Shown in pieces: positions 19,824 to 28,831 of a stretch of 64,000 bases of DNA (position 1 is its first letter; every line of letters starts with the position of its first letter). Position numbers and translations under genes: made by a program. Origin of the DNA: Granulicella sp. (GTDB lineage Bacteria > Acidobacteriota > Terriglobia > Terriglobales > Acidobacteriaceae); NCBI GenBank assembly GCA_041691255.1, contig JBEPUY010000005.1, forward strand, positions 22,114 through 86,113, written 5' to 3'. The notes under the pieces were generated by a model. The model searched no databases. It was not told the origin of the DNA and was given only the letters and a program-made list of their open reading frames with translations.

Positions 19824-20705
19824 ATGTCAGTAAACGTTGCGACAAATATCTCAAAGTCTCACTCGACCAGTCCCCGACGCCTCTACCCTCTGGCTCTACT
19901 ACTCCTTCTTTTGGCGATGAGCCCCCTCGCCTCGGCCTTCAGCACTCCGCTCTCAGGCTCCGCGCTCGACGACGGCTACTACGACATGTACAACCTCGAC
20001 TTCCCGGCCGCCCACCAGAGATTTCAGCAGTGGATGTCCGCCCATCCCGAGGACCCCATGGGCCCGGCCTCAGACGCCGCTGCCTGGCTCTTCGGCGAAT
20101 TCGATCGCCTCCACATCATCGACGTCCAGCTCTTCGCCGACCAGAGCCGTTTTGACAACCGGCAACGCCTTACTCCCGATCCCGCCGTTCGCAAGTCCTT
20201 CGACGACCGCGCCGCGCAAGCCGAGCGGCTCGCTGACGCAGCCCTCCAGCGCAATCCCAAAGACACCAACGCGCTCTACGTCAAAACCGTCATCCGCGGC
20301 ATGCAGTCCGACTACGCCCTCATGATCGACAAGCGCGATATCGCCGCCCTGAACCTCAGCAAGCAGGCCAGCGCCTTCTCCCGTCAGGCCCTTGCCATCA
20401 ACCCCACGCTCTACGACGCCTACCTCGCCACCGGGGTCGAAAACTATATGCTCAGCCTCAAGTCAGCGCCCGTCCGCTGGATTCTCAACCTGACCGGCGC
20501 CAACACCGACCGTGAAGAAGGCATTCGGCTGCTTCGCCTTACGGCAGCCAAGGGCCACTACCTGGCTCCCTTCGCCCGCATGATGCTCGCCGTCGCTGCC
20601 CTGCGCGAGAATCACCCGCAAGAGGCCAAGGATATCCTCGTCGCGCTTTCAAAAGAGTTCCCCCGGAACACCCTCTACCAGCGCGAACTGGCAAGAATTC
20701 GCTGA
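19824..20705 (+). CDS. Secreted helical (TPR-like) hypothetical protein
   Basis: It has a signal peptide (LALLLLLLAMSPLASA) and an all-helical repeat-like composition. I recognised no catalytic motif. Confidence 0.5.
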   Translation: MSVNVATNISKSHSTSPRRLYPLALLLLLLAMSPLASAFSTPLSGSALDDGYYDMYNLDFPAAHQRFQQWMSAHPEDPMGPASDAAAWLFGEFDRLHIIDVQLFADQSRFDNRQRLTPDPAVRKSFDDRAAQAERLADAALQRNPKDTNALYVKTVIRGMQSDYALMIDKRDIAALNLSKQASAFSRQALAINPTLYDAYLATGVENYMLSLKSAPVRWILNLTGANTDREEGIRLLRLTAAKGHYLAPFARMMLAVAALRENHPQEAKDILVALSKEFPRNTLYQRELARIR

Positions 20706-20837
20706 TTTCTTAGCCAACCATCGAAATTCGGGACTCAAATCCATCTCTGCGTGTAGGCTGAATGAAACATTTGCATCCAGTCATCACGCAGCGCATCGTT
20801 CACCATCACAGACAACAATAAAAAGGTCCCTATTAGC

Positions 20838-21899
20838 ATGCGTATCTCGTCAGTCGGAACGGCTTACCCTCCCCATCGCTACTCTCAGGCAGCAATTACC
20901 GAAGCGCTCAGAAACCGCTGGCAGGATCGGATGGAAGAACCCCGGCTGATCAACCGTCTCCACGCCAATTGCGGCGTCGAGTTTCGAAACCTCGTCTTTC
21001 CGCTCGACGTCTACGAGAACCTCTCCGGCTTCGGCCCCACCAATAATGCCTGGATCAAGGCTGCCGTCGAGCTGGGCCAGCAGGCTATCACCAAGGCGCT
21101 CGACCGCGTCGGCCTCACCCCCGCCGATATCTCCGCCATCTTCTTCGCCTCGGTGACCGGCATCGCCAGCCCCACCATCGACGCCCGCCTCATTAACCTG
21201 ATGCCCTTCCCCACCAACGTGAAACGCACTCCCATCTTCGGCCTCGGTTGCGTCGCTGGAGCAGCGGGCATCTCGCGCGCCTCCGACTACGTTCGCGCCT
21301 TCCCCGACCAGTACGCCCTGCTGCTCTCAGTCGAGCTTTGCTCCCTCACCTGGCAGGACAACGACCAGTCGATCGCCAACCTCATCTCCACCGGCCTCTT
21401 CGGAGACGGTTCCGCCGCCGTCGTCATCTCAGGCTCTGAGACCGCCCTCGCCAAAGAGGGTTGCGGCCCGCGCATTCTGGACACCCGCTCCACCTTCTAC
21501 CGCAACACCGAACACATCATGGGCTGGGACATCGGCGATCTCGGCTTCAAGATCGTCCTCTCCCCCGACGTCCCCAAAGTAGTCAACGAGCATCTCCGCG
21601 GCAACGTCGAGAGCTTCCTCGCCGACAACAATCTCAAACTGAGCGACATCTCCAGCTATATCTTCCACAGCGGCGGCCCCAAGGTCCTCGAAGCGATGGA
21701 GACCTCTCTGGACCTGCCTCCCAACGCACTCGCCCCCTCCTGGAAGAGCCTCCGCGAAGTAGGCAACCTCTCTGCCGCCTCAGTCCTCGCCGTGATGGAG
21801 GATTACCTGCTCAATACCCCCGGCAAGCCTGGAACTTATAGCATCCTCGCCGCCATGGGCCCCGCCTTCTGTTCCGAACTCGTCCTGCTTCAGTGGTAA
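20838..21899 (+). CDS. Type III polyketide synthase (chalcone/stilbene synthase family)
   Basis: The active-site Cys context is 'FGLGCVAGAAG'. 'FGDGSAAVV', 'FHSGGPKVLEAM', 'GNLSAASVL' and 'AAMGPAFCSELVLLQW' are canonical type III PKS blocks. Length is 353 aa. Confidence 0.9.
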   Translation: MRISSVGTAYPPHRYSQAAITEALRNRWQDRMEEPRLINRLHANCGVEFRNLVFPLDVYENLSGFGPTNNAWIKAAVELGQQAITKALDRVGLTPADISAIFFASVTGIASPTIDARLINLMPFPTNVKRTPIFGLGCVAGAAGISRASDYVRAFPDQYALLLSVELCSLTWQDNDQSIANLISTGLFGDGSAAVVISGSETALAKEGCGPRILDTRSTFYRNTEHIMGWDIGDLGFKIVLSPDVPKVVNEHLRGNVESFLADNNLKLSDISSYIFHSGGPKVLEAMETSLDLPPNALAPSWKSLREVGNLSAASVLAVMEDYLLNTPGKPGTYSILAAMGPAFCSELVLLQW

Positions 21900-21935
21900 T
21901 GGATAAGGTCGCTGCATAGATAGCTCAGCTCCACC

Positions 21936-21970
21936 AAAGCTGCTCACCGAACAGGGCGAGCAGCTTTTCT
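21936..21970 (+). terminator. Putative intrinsic terminator after the type III PKS gene
   Basis: AAAGCTGCTC-(12 nt)-GAGCAGCTTT is followed by TCTT. Confidence 0.5.
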
Positions 21971-22107
21971 TACGATTTCCCACAAAATAATGTTGCATGT
22001 TCTTGCGCTCCCGGTCTTTTCCTCCACACCGCGGCTCAGGCTGCCTTTACACTGACAAAGGCATCCCTGTAAGTTGAACTAGCACCAAGAGGAAGCTAGG
22101 TAGGACT

Positions 22108-22371
22108 ATGGACGACATCGCACAGCGCTGCATTGAGATCATCGCAAAGTCGAAGGGCATTCCTGCGGACTCAATCACCTTGGACAGCACCTTCGACTCC
22201 CTCAATATCGACTCTCTCGATAAGATCAACATCTCTTTCGAGGTCGAAGAAGCCTTTTCCATCGAAATCCCCGACGAAGCTCTCGGTACCATCAAGACGG
22301 TCGGCGACATGGTGCGCGGCGTCAGCGAACTTCGCGTAAGCCATCCCCCCGCTGCTGTTACCACACCCTAG
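22108..22371 (+). CDS. Acyl carrier protein (stand-alone, NodF-like)
   Basis: 87 aa. The phosphopantetheine attachment motif is 'LNIDSLDKINISFEVEEAFSIEIPDE'. Confidence 0.85.
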   Translation: MDDIAQRCIEIIAKSKGIPADSITLDSTFDSLNIDSLDKINISFEVEEAFSIEIPDEALGTIKTVGDMVRGVSELRVSHPPAAVTTP

Positions 22372-22398
22372 CCGCGGCTGCCGCGAGGAAGAGATCAA

Positions 22399-23625
22399 GT
22401 GAATCGCGTTGTAGTTACCGGCCTCGGCTGTGTCACCCCCATCGGAAGCACCGTCGAAGACTTCCGTGCCTCCCTGTTCGCGGGGGCCACCGGCATCGCT
22501 CCCTTCCCCGACTTCCCCGAGGCTCCCGGCGAGACCCAGGGCCTCCGTTTCACCCAGTCGGCCCGCGTCAAGGACTTCGATCCCCGCCAGCACCTCGAAT
22601 CAGGCGTCGTCGTCTCCACCGACCGCACCACCCAGTTCGCCATCGTCGCCGCCCGCCAGGCCGCCAAGCACAGCAATCTCCTCCAGCACCATGCTCCCGA
22701 TAACTTCGCCATCATCGTAGGCTGCGCCTGCGGAGGCCGTCAGGCCGAAGAGACCGAGACCGCCAAGCTCTACACCCGCGATGCCCGCGTCCATCCGCTC
22801 ACCGTCACCCGCACCATGGCCTCAGCCGGAGCCAGCCACATCTCCATCGACCTCGGCATCACCGGGCCGGTTCTCAATATCTCCACCGCCTGCTCCTCTG
22901 GAACCCACGCCATCGGCCTCGCCTTCCAAATGGTTCGTGCAGGCATGGTCTCGGCAGCCATCACCGGAGGCCACGAAGCCCCCCTCACCTTCGGCTTCCT
23001 GCGTGCGTGGGACTCCATGCGCGTCGTCTCCCCCACGCAGTGCCGGCCCTTCTCCGCCGACCGCGACGGCATGACCCTCGGCGAAGGCAGCGCCATGCTC
23101 GTCCTCGAATCGCTCGAATCGGCACAGGCCCGCAACGCCCCTATCTACGCCGAAATCGTCGGCTTTGGCAGCTCCGCCGACGCCCACCACATTACCCAGC
23201 CAGCCCCCGAAGGCGCAGCCGCAGCCATGCGAAAGGCCCTGAGCGACGCCAACGCCTCACCCGACGAGGTCGACTATATTAACGCTCACGGCACCGGAAC
23301 CCAGGCCAACGACACCACCGAAGCCGCCGCCATCCACCAGCTCTTCGGCGACCGCGCTCCAAAGATCCCCATCAGCTCCACCAAGGCCCTACACGGCCAC
23401 TCCATCGGAGCCACCGGAGCCATCGAAGCGCTGGCCACGATCCTCGCGCTCCACCACGGCAAGCTTCCCGCCAACGCCGGAGTCACCGAGATCGATCCAT
23501 CCATCAACCTCGATGTCATCCTCAACACGCCCCGCGAAACCAGCGCCCAATTGGCGCTCTCCAACTCCCTGGCCTTCGGCGGCCTCAACGCCGTTCTAGC
23601 GATCCGCCGCGCAATCGAACCCTAA
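22399..23625 (+). CDS. Beta-ketoacyl-ACP synthase II-type condensing enzyme (FabF/NodE-like)
   Basis: The Cys-His-His triad contexts are 'STACSSGTHAIG', 'INAHGTGTQAND' and 'KALHGHSIGATG'. The GTG start follows GAGGAAGAG, 27 nt after the ACP stop. Confidence 0.9.
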   Translation: MNRVVVTGLGCVTPIGSTVEDFRASLFAGATGIAPFPDFPEAPGETQGLRFTQSARVKDFDPRQHLESGVVVSTDRTTQFAIVAARQAAKHSNLLQHHAPDNFAIIVGCACGGRQAEETETAKLYTRDARVHPLTVTRTMASAGASHISIDLGITGPVLNISTACSSGTHAIGLAFQMVRAGMVSAAITGGHEAPLTFGFLRAWDSMRVVSPTQCRPFSADRDGMTLGEGSAMLVLESLESAQARNAPIYAEIVGFGSSADAHHITQPAPEGAAAAMRKALSDANASPDEVDYINAHGTGTQANDTTEAAAIHQLFGDRAPKIPISSTKALHGHSIGATGAIEALATILALHHGKLPANAGVTEIDPSINLDVILNTPRETSAQLALSNSLAFGGLNAVLAIRRAIEP

Positions 23626-23631
23626 ATATCA

Positions 23632-24282
23632 ATGAGACCCCTTAGCCGATATTGGGCACATCGCATAAGCCGCCATCTGGCGCTGGCAGCATTCGCCGCA
23701 GTCGGAACCGCTCTCCTCTATCTCGCCACCGCCCCACCAGACTTCCGCCACCGTCTCAGCATGGCGACAGCCTACTGCAGCCTGCTTTTCCTTGCTGCCA
23801 CTCTACTGCTTGGCCCGTGGAATACCCTTCGCCATCGCCCCAATCCCGTAAGTTTCGACCTTCGCCGCGACATCGGAATCTGGGCTGCCCTGCTCGCTAT
23901 CCTGCACACAGCCGTCGGCCTGACCGTTCATCTTCGCGGGCGCATGTGGATGTACTTCCTCAAACAGCGCCATCCGCTAAAGCTCCAGACCGGCCTATTC
24001 GGTTCAGCCAACGATGTCGGCCTGCTCTCAGCCCTGCTCTTCCTGATGCTCCTCGCTATCTCGAACGATATTTCGATCCGCAGACTGGGCCTGCAACGAT
24101 GGAAGTCGCTTCAACGCTGGACCTATATCGCAGTCGGCTTAGCCATCCTTCACGGAATCCTCTTCCAACTCGTAGAAAAGCGACACCTGCCCTGGGTGAT
24201 TTTCTTCGCCACACTCTCTGCTCTCGTCGTTGTTATCCAGCTGGTAGGGGTCATCTATGCCCGAGCCAGCCGTCAGACATAA
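23632..24282 (+). CDS. Ferric-reductase-like transmembrane (YedZ/MsrQ-like, heme b) protein
   Basis: 216 aa, about 6 TM helices, with conserved-looking His residues in the helices ('LLAILHTAVGL', 'LAILHGILFQL'). It starts 6 nt after the KS stop. Confidence 0.65.
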   Translation: MRPLSRYWAHRISRHLALAAFAAVGTALLYLATAPPDFRHRLSMATAYCSLLFLAATLLLGPWNTLRHRPNPVSFDLRRDIGIWAALLAILHTAVGLTVHLRGRMWMYFLKQRHPLKLQTGLFGSANDVGLLSALLFLMLLAISNDISIRRLGLQRWKSLQRWTYIAVGLAILHGILFQLVEKRHLPWVIFFATLSALVVVIQLVGVIYARASRQT

Positions 24283-24452
24283 GAGCCAACCCGCAAGTAG
24301 CCGTAATCTAAAAATGAAAATATTGGCAGGAAAGGAGTTGACCTTATATTTCCTGCGTCTTCCATCGAACTGCGACAATAGCCAAAGCATTCCAGCTGGC
24401 TGAAACACCACAAGTATCAAGACCTCGGCAACTCCCCATCAAGGAAACCTCT

Positions 24453-25271
24453 TTGATCTCAGTACTCATCCTCACCCGCAACGAAGAGCACGACCTTCCC
24501 GGCTGCCTCGCCTCTGTCGGCTGGTCCGACGACGTCCACGTCTTCGACTCCTTCTCGACCGACGACACCGTCTCCATCGCTCAGTCTGCCGGGGCCCACG
24601 TCCAGCAGCGCACCTTCGACGACTACGCCACCCACCGCAACGCCGCCCTCGCCACCGTCTCCTTCAAGCATCCCTGGGTCTTCCTGCTCGACGCCGACGA
24701 ACGTCCCACCACGGAACTCTCTCACGAGATGCAGCAGATCGTCCTGGCCACTCCCACCGAAATATCAGGCTTCCGCCTCAGCCGTCGTGACTTCCTCTTC
24801 GGCACCTGGCTCAAACACGCACAGATCTCGCCCTTTTACATCCGCCTCGTGCGTCCCGAGCGCAGCCGCTACACCCGCGCCATCAACGAAGTCATCGAGG
24901 TCGAGGGCACTATCGCCGACCTCAGCTATCCGCTCGACCACTATCCATTTTCCAAAGGCATTGCCCACTGGCTCAACAAGCACAACCTCTACTCCACCAT
25001 GGAGGCTGAGCTCATCCACCGCCAGCAAGGGCTGCAGAATCCATCTTTAAAGACCGCCCTCAGCGGCCCCGACTTCCACACCCGCCGCCTGCACCAGAAA
25101 GCGATCTTCTACCGCCTGCCCGGCCGCCCCATCATTAAATGGCTCTACATGATGTTCCTGCGCGGAGCTATCCTCGATGGCCCAGCCGGTCTCACCTACG
25201 CCACTCTGCAATCCATCTACGAGTACTTCATCGTGCTCAAGACACGGGAACTGCAACGCGGCGGAGCCTGA
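24453..25271 (+). CDS. Glycosyltransferase family 2 (WaaE/KdtX-like)
   Basis: 'ISVLILTRNEEHDLPGCLASVGWSDDVHVFDSFSTDDT' and 'LLDADERPT' are GT2 signatures. The start is a TTG. Confidence 0.8.
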   Translation: MISVLILTRNEEHDLPGCLASVGWSDDVHVFDSFSTDDTVSIAQSAGAHVQQRTFDDYATHRNAALATVSFKHPWVFLLDADERPTTELSHEMQQIVLATPTEISGFRLSRRDFLFGTWLKHAQISPFYIRLVRPERSRYTRAINEVIEVEGTIADLSYPLDHYPFSKGIAHWLNKHNLYSTMEAELIHRQQGLQNPSLKTALSGPDFHTRRLHQKAIFYRLPGRPIIKWLYMMFLRGAILDGPAGLTYATLQSIYEYFIVLKTRELQRGGA

Positions 25272-25306
25272 TCCTCTCTCCGCCGCCGCAATGCAATCAC
25301 AAAGCC

Positions 25307-25645
25307 CTACAGCAGTTTGATCGAATCAACCTTCAGGGTGTCGCCATCGACATCGCCCTTGACGTTCACGCGAAGGTGATCGGTCTCCTTCGAATTCTTC
25401 AACTGCTTGAGAATCTTGGCGTTGCCATCCGCATCGAACTTCAGAAACTGTTTGTCCTCGGTGACAATGCCGAAACCGCTCTTCTCGCACTTCAAAGCGC
25501 AGTCGCGTGTGTGCGCATCAGCATTATCGGCGACCTTGCTCGAGCAGCTCACATCGACAACCGAAACATCCTTGAACGACTTCGGAGCGGCCAACGCCGG
25601 CGTTGCGAGCAGGCCCGCCGCGAGCAGGGATATAAGTACTTTCAT
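25307..25645 (-). CDS. Small secreted hypothetical protein (3 Cys)
   Basis: It has a signal peptide MKVLISLLAAGLLATPALA. The ATG at 25645 is preceded by GGAGAA. Confidence 0.5.
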   Translation of the reverse strand: MKVLISLLAAGLLATPALAAPKSFKDVSVVDVSCSSKVADNADAHTRDCALKCEKSGFGIVTEDKQFLKFDADGNAKILKQLKNSKETDHLRVNVKGDVDGDTLKVDSIKLL

Positions 25646-25714
25646 GGGGTTCTCCATTCATGTTGAGTTTCATTTATGACGCATTGCAGCAAACTCTGGC
25701 ACTGCAACGATACT

Positions 25715-26119
25715 CTAGTTCACTGCCACCTGCCCATAGGCTTCGCGCACGGTCGAAAGCTGCGAGAGCGCAAATGCGCCGACGGCAATCTCAAGGTCAC
25801 GAACGGCAATGTCATAGAACATCCCCGTCGTCAGCAGGTTCAGCGCAATGCAAATCAGCCACACCATAACAAGGTAGCTGCCGATCTTCGTCCAGCGGCT
25901 CAGCACGAGCACGCCTGCGACAATCTCCACCACACCAACGACATGCATGAAGGTTGGCGCACTCACGGGAACGATCTTCGTCACCAGAGGGCTGAGATAC
26001 ATTCCCCAGTCCGTCAATTTGTTGAAATATTTATCAATTCCGGAAATGATAGGCACCACACCCAGCGCAATCCGCAGCGCCCACCAACTGGCATTAAGGC
26101 GTTTATTGAACGTAGTCAT
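25715..26119 (-). CDS. DoxX-like small membrane protein
   Basis: 134 aa, 4 predicted TM helices, and a 'GIDKYF...VVGVVEIVAGVLVL' pattern as in DoxX/MauE-like proteins. Confidence 0.55.
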   Translation of the reverse strand: MTTFNKRLNASWWALRIALGVVPIISGIDKYFNKLTDWGMYLSPLVTKIVPVSAPTFMHVVGVVEIVAGVLVLSRWTKIGSYLVMVWLICIALNLLTTGMFYDIAVRDLEIAVGAFALSQLSTVREAYGQVAVN

Positions 26120-26223
26120 CTTCTACCTCTTACTCAAAAGACTTCAAGGCGCACCATTCGGTTACAGAGAAAAAGCGTTGTAACCCTTTTGGGTCTGGCG
26201 CACTCTCTTAGGAAGAGCAGGCT

Positions 26224-26913
26224 ATGGAAACGACCGCAATCCTCGAACAATCGAAGCAATTGACGGACGAAGAGGTGGTAGCTCGCGTCCGTGCAGGAGA
26301 CCTCGCCATGTATGAGGTCATCATGCGCCGCTACAACCAACGCCTCTATCGCATCGCCCGCGCCATTCTGCACGATGATGTAGAAGCCGAAGACGTCATG
26401 CAGGACGCCTACGTTCGCGCCTACACGCACCTTGAACAATTTGCAGGCCGGTCAGCATTTTCCACATGGCTGACCCGCATCACCGTCCACGAGGCGTTGA
26501 CTCGTCTTCGCTCACGCAACCGGCATCCACAGGTAGATGTCACCGAATATGACGGAGAGATCTCGATGAAGACGCCCAGCAACTTACTCGACCCGGAAAA
26601 GAATGCCTCGACCGGCCAGCTACGAGAGTTTTTGGAAGAGGCCGTTCTGAACCTTCCGGAGAACTATCGAACCGTCGTCATGCTGCGCGATATCGAAGAG
26701 TTGAGCACAGCCGAAACCGCCGAAGCGCTCGACCTGACCGAAGACAACGTCAAGATACGCCTGCATCGCGGCCACGGCATGATCCGCAACTGGCTCTTCG
26801 AGCGCATCGGGCCAGGCGCAAAGGAGGCCTTTCCCTTCATGGGTATCCGTTGCGACCGCGTCGTGCAGAACGTCTTCGAGCGCCTGACGAAACTCGCCGA
26901 CGCCCACCCATAA
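26224..26913 (+). CDS. ECF-type RNA polymerase sigma-70 family factor
   Basis: Region 2 is 'RYNQRLYRIARAILHDDVEAEDVMQDAYVRAY'. Region 4 is 'LPENYRTVVMLRDIEELSTAETAEALDLTEDNVKIRLHRG'. A C-terminal extension of about 40 aa follows. Confidence 0.85.
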   Translation: METTAILEQSKQLTDEEVVARVRAGDLAMYEVIMRRYNQRLYRIARAILHDDVEAEDVMQDAYVRAYTHLEQFAGRSAFSTWLTRITVHEALTRLRSRNRHPQVDVTEYDGEISMKTPSNLLDPEKNASTGQLREFLEEAVLNLPENYRTVVMLRDIEELSTAETAEALDLTEDNVKIRLHRGHGMIRNWLFERIGPGAKEAFPFMGIRCDRVVQNVFERLTKLADAHP

Positions 26914-26917
26914 ATTC

Positions 26918-28741
26918 CTAAGCCTTCGACTCCGAAGAGAGCGCCGCCTTCTCGTCCGTCTTGTGCAGAAGGCTGATTACCGACTGATACAAGCGGTTCC
27001 TCATCTCAAACCGGTCGCCCGCGCGCGTCACATAACGGACCAGAATATCGATACCCGATCCTGCCGGACGCATCTCTACCGATGGAGTCGCGGAGAAGAG
27101 GCTCAGGTTCGTCTGCTTCGTCGACCGCTGCCACTCCTGCTCCGCTTCCTGTCCACCTTGTCTGGTCTCCTTGAGCACCACCTCGTGAATCGCATCGATC
27201 ATCTTGAACGCATCTTCGCCTGCTGGCACATTCAAGCTGATCTCATCCCACATCCACTGTCCTGTCGTCGAGAAGTTAAGAAACTGCCCCGAGATGGCAT
27301 ATTTATTGAGGAACGTAACACGACGGCCCGTCGGATGCCCCTTGTCGCTCCAATTTCCCGTCTCCAGCAGCGAAGTTCGGAAGACTCCAATCTCAATGAC
27401 CTCACCGGCCACGCCATTAATCTCCACCCAGTCGCCCAGGCGAATCCCATTCTTCCCCATCAACACAAACCAACCGAAGAAGGCGAGAATGAAGTCCTGA
27501 AACACCACTGTCAACCCCGCCGTGGCCAGTCCGAGGATCGTCGGCGTCTGACTCGGCGTTCCAAAGATCACCAACAGCACCAGCACCAGCGTCACAAACT
27601 GAATCCCCAGATGCGCAATCGTCCGTAGCGTGTGCAGGCTGCGCTGCTCCATCTTCGACCGGTCCAGCATCATCCGTACCAACGCGCCCAGCAGCGCAGC
27701 GCACAGCAGTAGAAAGGCAATCAGCGCAAACGACTGAAAGAGCAGGTGAGTGATGATCCTGTGCTGCAACTCCACCTGCGCCAGCCACTGGTCATAGACC
27801 CCCGAAAGCTGCTGCTGCGTCTGAAGCCTGTCATCCAGGATGGAATGAACCTGTGCGATCGCATGCATCTTTCCCATCCGCGCAACGCGTCCCCTTATAG
27901 CGTTAGCGTCCGCCAATGTGCCCGCATCACTCGCCGCAGAACCTACGCCTGCTTCCGCCGCACTGGCCTTCTTCTCGATCTCCGCGTGCTGCGCCATCAG
28001 CGCCACGACATCGGCATCCGCCTCCGCCTTTGCCTGACGGATCAGGTCCATCCGGCTGCGCTGATCGAACCACGACTTCGCCCGTGCATACAACGTTCCA
28101 TGCCGCTTCGCCGAAGCCACCGCCGTCGGCGCGCCGCCGCTATCCATCTCTTCGTCGAACTTCTTCATCGACGCTTCCCGCGCCGTCAACTCCTGCTGAA
28201 TAGCTCCCCGCTTGTCGCCGCTAACCCTGGCGAGATCGTCCGTGGCATCGCCCAATTCGTCGTTGTCCAGCGTCAACTGCGCCTTCGCCGCATCCAGTTC
28301 GTCCGACTGCACCGTGCCATCGTAAGCCTTGGGCAGCTTCGCCGTTGCCGCAGTCACGCGATCCACCGTCGCCTGATCTTCCTTCACCGTCTCCTTCAAC
28401 ACGGCAATCTTCTGCGAAAGCGCTAGCGCATCACCCTTCAGCACCGGAGGCTGCAACGCCGCCATCCGCAGCGCCTGCGCAAAGGCCTGATCGACCTCAT
28501 GGTCTGCCAGCCGCTCGGCGTTCCGGGCAAGCCGTTTCTCTTCCACCGACACCGCCATCGGAGCCAGCGCCTGCGCCGTCTGCCACGGCCGCTGATCCAC
28601 CAGCGTCTCCGCCGCAGCCCCGCGCTGCCCCCGCAGGAACGGGAGATTCGCCATCGAGCCCCGGGTCAAATAGCTCGCCACTAAAAGCACAACTAATGCC
28701 GCTGCCGGCACCGCAATCAGAATTTTTCGCATATCCTTCAT
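26918..28741 (-). CDS. Mechanosensitive ion channel (MscS family) with long N-terminal coiled-coil periplasmic domain
   Basis: The MscS core is '[33 protein letters not shown]', preceded by TM helices. The start is uncertain (28741, 28732 or 28783). Confidence 0.8.
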   Translation of the reverse strand: MKDMRKILIAVPAAALVVLLVASYLTRGSMANLPFLRGQRGAAAETLVDQRPWQTAQALAPMAVSVEEKRLARNAERLADHEVDQAFAQALRMAALQPPVLKGDALALSQKIAVLKETVKEDQATVDRVTAATAKLPKAYDGTVQSDELDAAKAQLTLDNDELGDATDDLARVSGDKRGAIQQELTAREASMKKFDEEMDSGGAPTAVASAKRHGTLYARAKSWFDQRSRMDLIRQAKAEADADVVALMAQHAEIEKKASAAEAGVGSAASDAGTLADANAIRGRVARMGKMHAIAQVHSILDDRLQTQQQLSGVYDQWLAQVELQHRIITHLLFQSFALIAFLLLCAALLGALVRMMLDRSKMEQRSLHTLRTIAHLGIQFVTLVLVLLVIFGTPSQTPTILGLATAGLTVVFQDFILAFFGWFVLMGKNGIRLGDWVEINGVAGEVIEIGVFRTSLLETGNWSDKGHPTGRRVTFLNKYAISGQFLNFSTTGQWMWDEISLNVPAGEDAFKMIDAIHEVVLKETRQGGQEAEQEWQRSTKQTNLSLFSATPSVEMRPAGSGIDILVRYVTRAGDRFEMRNRLYQSVISLLHKTDEKAALSSESKA

Positions 28742-28831
28742 CTCTACCAGCCTATAGGTTCTGCGCCCTCCCACAAAAGTCACACAAATTCATCTGGCAC
28801 AAAATCACCCCTGACCATCTACACTCAGTTC

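Noticed and set aside
28784-28831. A possible glmS ribozyme/riboswitch upstream of glmS.
   Set aside because: Only 48 bp separate glmS from the divergent MscS gene, which is far too short for the ~170-nt ribozyme. No conserved core is visible.
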